Positions 60,834 through 64,000 of a stretch of DNA of 64,000 nucleotides are shown one piece after another; within the stretch, counting starts at the first letter, position 1; each line of letters begins with the position of its first letter. A program made the position numbers and the translations under genes. The stretch spans positions 7,688,001 through 7,752,000 of the forward strand of contig JBHGNT010000012.1 in the NCBI GenBank assembly GCA_043228905.1, given 5' to 3'. The notes beneath the pieces are model-generated. The model saw only the letters and a program-made list of their open reading frames with translations. It made no database searches and had not been told where the DNA came from. The DNA comes from Azolla caroliniana. Lineage: Eukaryota > Plantae > Polypodiophyta.

Positions 60834-63800
60834 TCACTTCGGCATGGGATGTCTCTCCAATCCGATCCTCTTCCGGCATGCTTCCAGCTTGTCAGGTGTG
60901 AGCACTTTGGTCAGCATATCTGAGCCATTTTCGTCCGTGTGGATCTTCGTCAGCACGAACTCCTGGTCTTCTATCCTTTCCCGGATCCAGTGATATCTTC
61001 GCTGGATGTGCTTCGTCCGGGAGTGATAGGCCGCGTTCTTCGCAAGGTGGATGGCACTCTGACTGTCGCAGTAGAGTCGGTACTCCTCCTGCCGGATACC
61101 GAGCTCTCTAATGAAGTCCTTCATCCATATTATTTCCTTGCCGGCTTCAACAGCCGCCATGTACTCCGCCTCCGTGGTTGACAGTGCAACCGTCTTCTGC
61201 AGCCTCGACTGCCATGAAACAGCTCCCCCTACATACGTCATCACATACCCTGATGTGGACCGGCTGGTATCTGCATCAGCCGACATATCCGAATCGGTGA
61301 ATCCATCGAGTTCGGGCTTACCGGAGCCGAATCGGAGGCACATGTTTGCCGTGCCCTTCAGGTATCGGAGTATCCATTTGACCGCGTTCCAATGCTCTTT
61401 GCCGGGATTGCTCATGTACCGGCTCACCACTCCGACTGCATATCCTATGTCCGGTCGGGTACACACCATCGCGTACATCAAGCTCCCGACGGCAGAGGCA
61501 TATGGTACTTTCATCATGTCCTCCTTCTCAGCCTTTGTCTTGGGGCTTTGCTTGCTGGACAGCTTGCAGTTTGTCGGGAGTGTTGACCCGACTGGTCTTG
61601 CTTCCGACATGTTGAACCGGTGAAGCACCTTTGTCACGTACTTCTCCTGTGACAACCACAACTGCTTCTTCTTCCGGTCCCGGATGATGTGCATCCCTAG
61701 TATTTGCCTCGCCGGACCCAGGTCCTTCATTGAGAAGGTTCGGTGAAGTGCTTTCTTCAGCATCCGTATCTTGCCCTGGTCCCGTCCGACGATCAACATG
61801 TCGTCCACGTACAGGAGGAGTATTAGAAAGTCTCCTCCTTCGAACTTCTTCACAAACACGCAGTGATCGGTCTGCGTTTTGTGGTACCCTTCGTCTGTCA
61901 TGAAGGAGTCGAACTTCCGGTACCATTGCCGGGGAGCCTGCTTCAGACCGTAGAGGCTCTTCTTCAACCGGCATACCAGGTGCTCCTTTCCTTTCTTCTC
62001 GAATCCTTCCGGTTGTTGCATGTAGATTTCTTCTTCGAGGTCACCGTGAAGGAATGCCGTCTTCACGTCCATCTGTTCTACCTCGAGGTCCATGCTTGCC
62101 GCTATGCTCAGCACCGTCCGGATGGAGGTCATCTTCACTACCGGGGCAAATATCTCGTCGAAGTCCACACCCTTCTTCTGCTGGAACCCCTTCACCACGA
62201 TCCTGGCTTTGTATCTCGGGGGGTTTCCGGCATCTCCCGGTTTCAGCTTGAACACCCACTTGTTACGGAGTGCCCGTTTTCCTTTCGGCAACTCCACAAG
62301 TTCATATGTGTGGTTCTTATGCAGGGAATCCATCTCCTCCTGCATGGCACTTAACCACCTGCGGCTATGGGTGTCATGCTTTGCTTCTTCAAAGCTCTCC
62401 GGCTCCCCCTCGTCGGTTAGCAGCACGTGCTCTGGTTCCGGAAATCTTCGGGGGGCCCTTCTCTCTCTTAGAGGATATCTCCGTTCCGGAGCTTCGATAA
62501 CCGGTTCTTCCGATTCTTCTTCATCCGAATCCATTTCGGGATCGGGGCCGGTTCCGGTATCATTTTCATCTTCTTCGGCCGGTTCTGTTTCTTCACCGTC
62601 TTCGGCCGGATCCTCGAGTGCTAACCGGTCTCTTGCCGGTCGGGACTGCTCCTTGTAGAGTTGATCCTCACCGGTCGACTTGGAGCTCTTCATCTTCTTC
62701 TCCGACTCCCAGTCGGCGAGTGTCTTGTCCTCCATGAAGATGATATCGCGACTCCGGAATATCTTCTTGTCGACCGGGTCCCATACTCGGTAGCCGAACT
62801 CGTCATCGCCGTAACCGAGGAATATGCATGGCCGGGTCTTTGGGTCTAGCTTTCCTCTCCGGTCCTTTGCCACATGCACATATACGAGACACCCGAACAC
62901 CTTCAGGTGCCGGTAGGATACTTCCCTACCGGTCCACACTCTCTGCGGCGTGTCTCCGTCCAAAGGTACTGAGGGTGATCTGTTTATCACGTATGTCGCC
63001 GTCGACATCGCCTCAGCCCAAAACCCCTTGGGTAATTCCGCATGCGCCAGCATACTCCGGACCCTCTCCATTATGGTCCGGTTCATCCTCTCGGCCAGCC
63101 CGTTCAGTTCCGGCGTCTTCGGCACAGTAAACTCGAGCCGGATTCCCTTCGAGCGACAGTACTCCGCGAACTGCCCCCGGTATTCCCCTCCGTTATCTGC
63201 TCGTATCGCTTTCAGCTTCTTGCCGGATTCCCTTTCCACTCTCGCGTGGAGTTCTTTGAAGACGGACAATACTTGGTCCTTTGTCTTCAACGGTGCCGTC
63301 CACAGCTTCCGGCTGTGATCATCTATGAATGTTACGAAGTACTGGGCTCCGCCATGTGACTTCGTTTCTACTTGACACACGTCAGTATGCACCAACTCCA
63401 ATGGTGCACTACGTCTCGTCGGTGGCCTTGAGTGGAAGGAGGTCCGGTTTTGTTTACCGGCCAGGCAGTCGGTGCACTTCTCCAGGTGCACATGCTTCAC
63501 TGGAATAAGGTTGTCTTCTGCAAGCCTCTTCATCCCTTTCTCACTCATGTGGCACAGTCTCTTGTGCCACAGCTCACCGGCAGTGTCGGCTGCCACGTTC
63601 AGCTCCTCCGGACATAGCCGGGAATTCATCAGGTACAGTGTGTTGACCTTCCGGGCCCGAGCCACTATCAAGCTCCCCTTGCTGAACTTCATTACGCCGT
63701 TCCGGATGCTACCTGTGTAGCCTTCATCGTCTAGCCTCCCGGCCGAAATCAGGTTCAATCGAACCTCCGGAACGTGTCGGACATCCTTCAGCAGCATTTT

Positions 63801-64000
63801 ACATCCGGTTGATGTCATCAGCCACACGTCTCCTATGCCGGCAATCCGGCACGTACCTTCATTTCCCATCCGGACACAACCATGCTCACCGGCTGTGTAG
63901 GATGAGAAGTATTTCTTCTCCGGGGTCAGATGGAACGATGCTCCGGAATCGACCACCCAGGTCATCTCCTCACCGGCAAGGTTCAGCTCCGTCTCTTCGG
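60834..64000 (-). CDS. pol: copia pol (PR-INT-RT-RNase H), uninterrupted in the window; N-terminus beyond the edge
   Basis: Open frame of more than 1043 aa with VVDSGAS, WHKRLCH, YVDD and RNase H motifs. Confidence 0.93.
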   Translation of the reverse strand, partial: EETELNLAGEEMTWVVDSGASFHLTPEKKYFSSYTAGEHGCVRMGNEGTCRIAGIGDVWLMTSTGCKMLLKDVRHVPEVRLNLISAGRLDDEGYTGSIRNGVMKFSKGSLIVARARKVNTLYLMNSRLCPEELNVAADTAGELWHKRLCHMSEKGMKRLAEDNLIPVKHVHLEKCTDCLAGKQNRTSFHSRPPTRRSAPLELVHTDVCQVETKSHGGAQYFVTFIDDHSRKLWTAPLKTKDQVLSVFKELHARVERESGKKLKAIRADNGGEYRGQFAEYCRSKGIRLEFTVPKTPELNGLAERMNRTIMERVRSMLAHAELPKGFWAEAMSTATYVINRSPSVPLDGDTPQRVWTGREVSYRHLKVFGCLVYVHVAKDRRGKLDPKTRPCIFLGYGDDEFGYRVWDPVDKKIFRSRDIIFMEDKTLADWESEKKMKSSKSTGEDQLYKEQSRPARDRLALEDPAEDGEETEPAEEDENDTGTGPDPEMDSDEEESEEPVIEAPERRYPLRERRAPRRFPEPEHVLLTDEGEPESFEEAKHDTHSRRWLSAMQEEMDSLHKNHTYELVELPKGKRALRNKWVFKLKPGDAGNPPRYKARIVVKGFQQKKGVDFDEIFAPVVKMTSIRTVLSIAASMDLEVEQMDVKTAFLHGDLEEEIYMQQPEGFEKKGKEHLVCRLKKSLYGLKQAPRQWYRKFDSFMTDEGYHKTQTDHCVFVKKFEGGDFLILLLYVDDMLIVGRDQGKIRMLKKALHRTFSMKDLGPARQILGMHIIRDRKKKQLWLSQEKYVTKVLHRFNMSEARPVGSTLPTNCKLSSKQSPKTKAEKEDMMKVPYASAVGSLMYAMVCTRPDIGYAVGVVSRYMSNPGKEHWNAVKWILRYLKGTANMCLRFGSGKPELDGFTDSDMSADADTSRSTSGYVMTYVGGAVSWQSRLQKTVALSTTEAEYMAAVEAGKEIIWMKDFIRELGIRQEEYRLYCDSQSAIHLAKNAAYHSRTKHIQRRYHWIRERIEDQEFVLTKIHTDENGSDMLTKVLTPDKLEACRKRIGLERHPMPK

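Larger units (their letters stand above)
60098..64000 (-). mobile_element. Ty1/copia 'copia-B2' (3' LTR 60098-60823, PPT, pol); continues beyond the right edge
   Basis: TGTTG..CCAACA LTR, PPT at 60824-60833, pol nearly identical to copia-B1. Confidence 0.95.

Overview
Eukaryotic land-plant genomic DNA; the transposon spectrum suggests a non-seed plant such as a fern, which is inference. One intact host gene is present: an 11-coding-exon DECD-box RNA helicase UAP56/RH15-RH56 (CDS 28071..32819, +, 426 aa). It lies between two heavily nested transposon blocks. Left block (1-23250): the 5' end of a Ty1/copia element, a chromovirus LTR, and a Tcn1/Tf1-like gypsy with a self-priming PBS. That gypsy is split by a complete Athila-like Ty3/gypsy (5537-21000, TSD AAAAG), which carries a large extra ORF after pol and is itself interrupted by a near-intact Tnt1/Tork-like copia (13886-19241, TSD GAAGC). 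Right block (37391-64000): a decayed chromovirus, an RTE-X-like LINE, a tRNA-Trp-primed gypsy fragment and a pol-deleted second Athila-like copy with two solo-LTR insertions. It continues with a MULE-type MITE, a kinesin-12 pseudogene fragment, and a copia nested in another copia. The most unusual signals are: (i) a solo LTR carrying three tRNA-like Pol III A-box/B-box cassettes with identical 43-nt spacing, with a fourth cassette beside a related LTR; (ii) a 12-nt Tf1-type self-priming PBS reconstructed across a 15.5-kb insertion; (iii) a ~936-aa accessory ORF retained in a pol-less derivative, with in-frame TAG codons shared by both copies; (iv) near-identical copia coding regions with different, apparently mosaic LTRs. 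All coordinates were read by eye, and no database searches were run.
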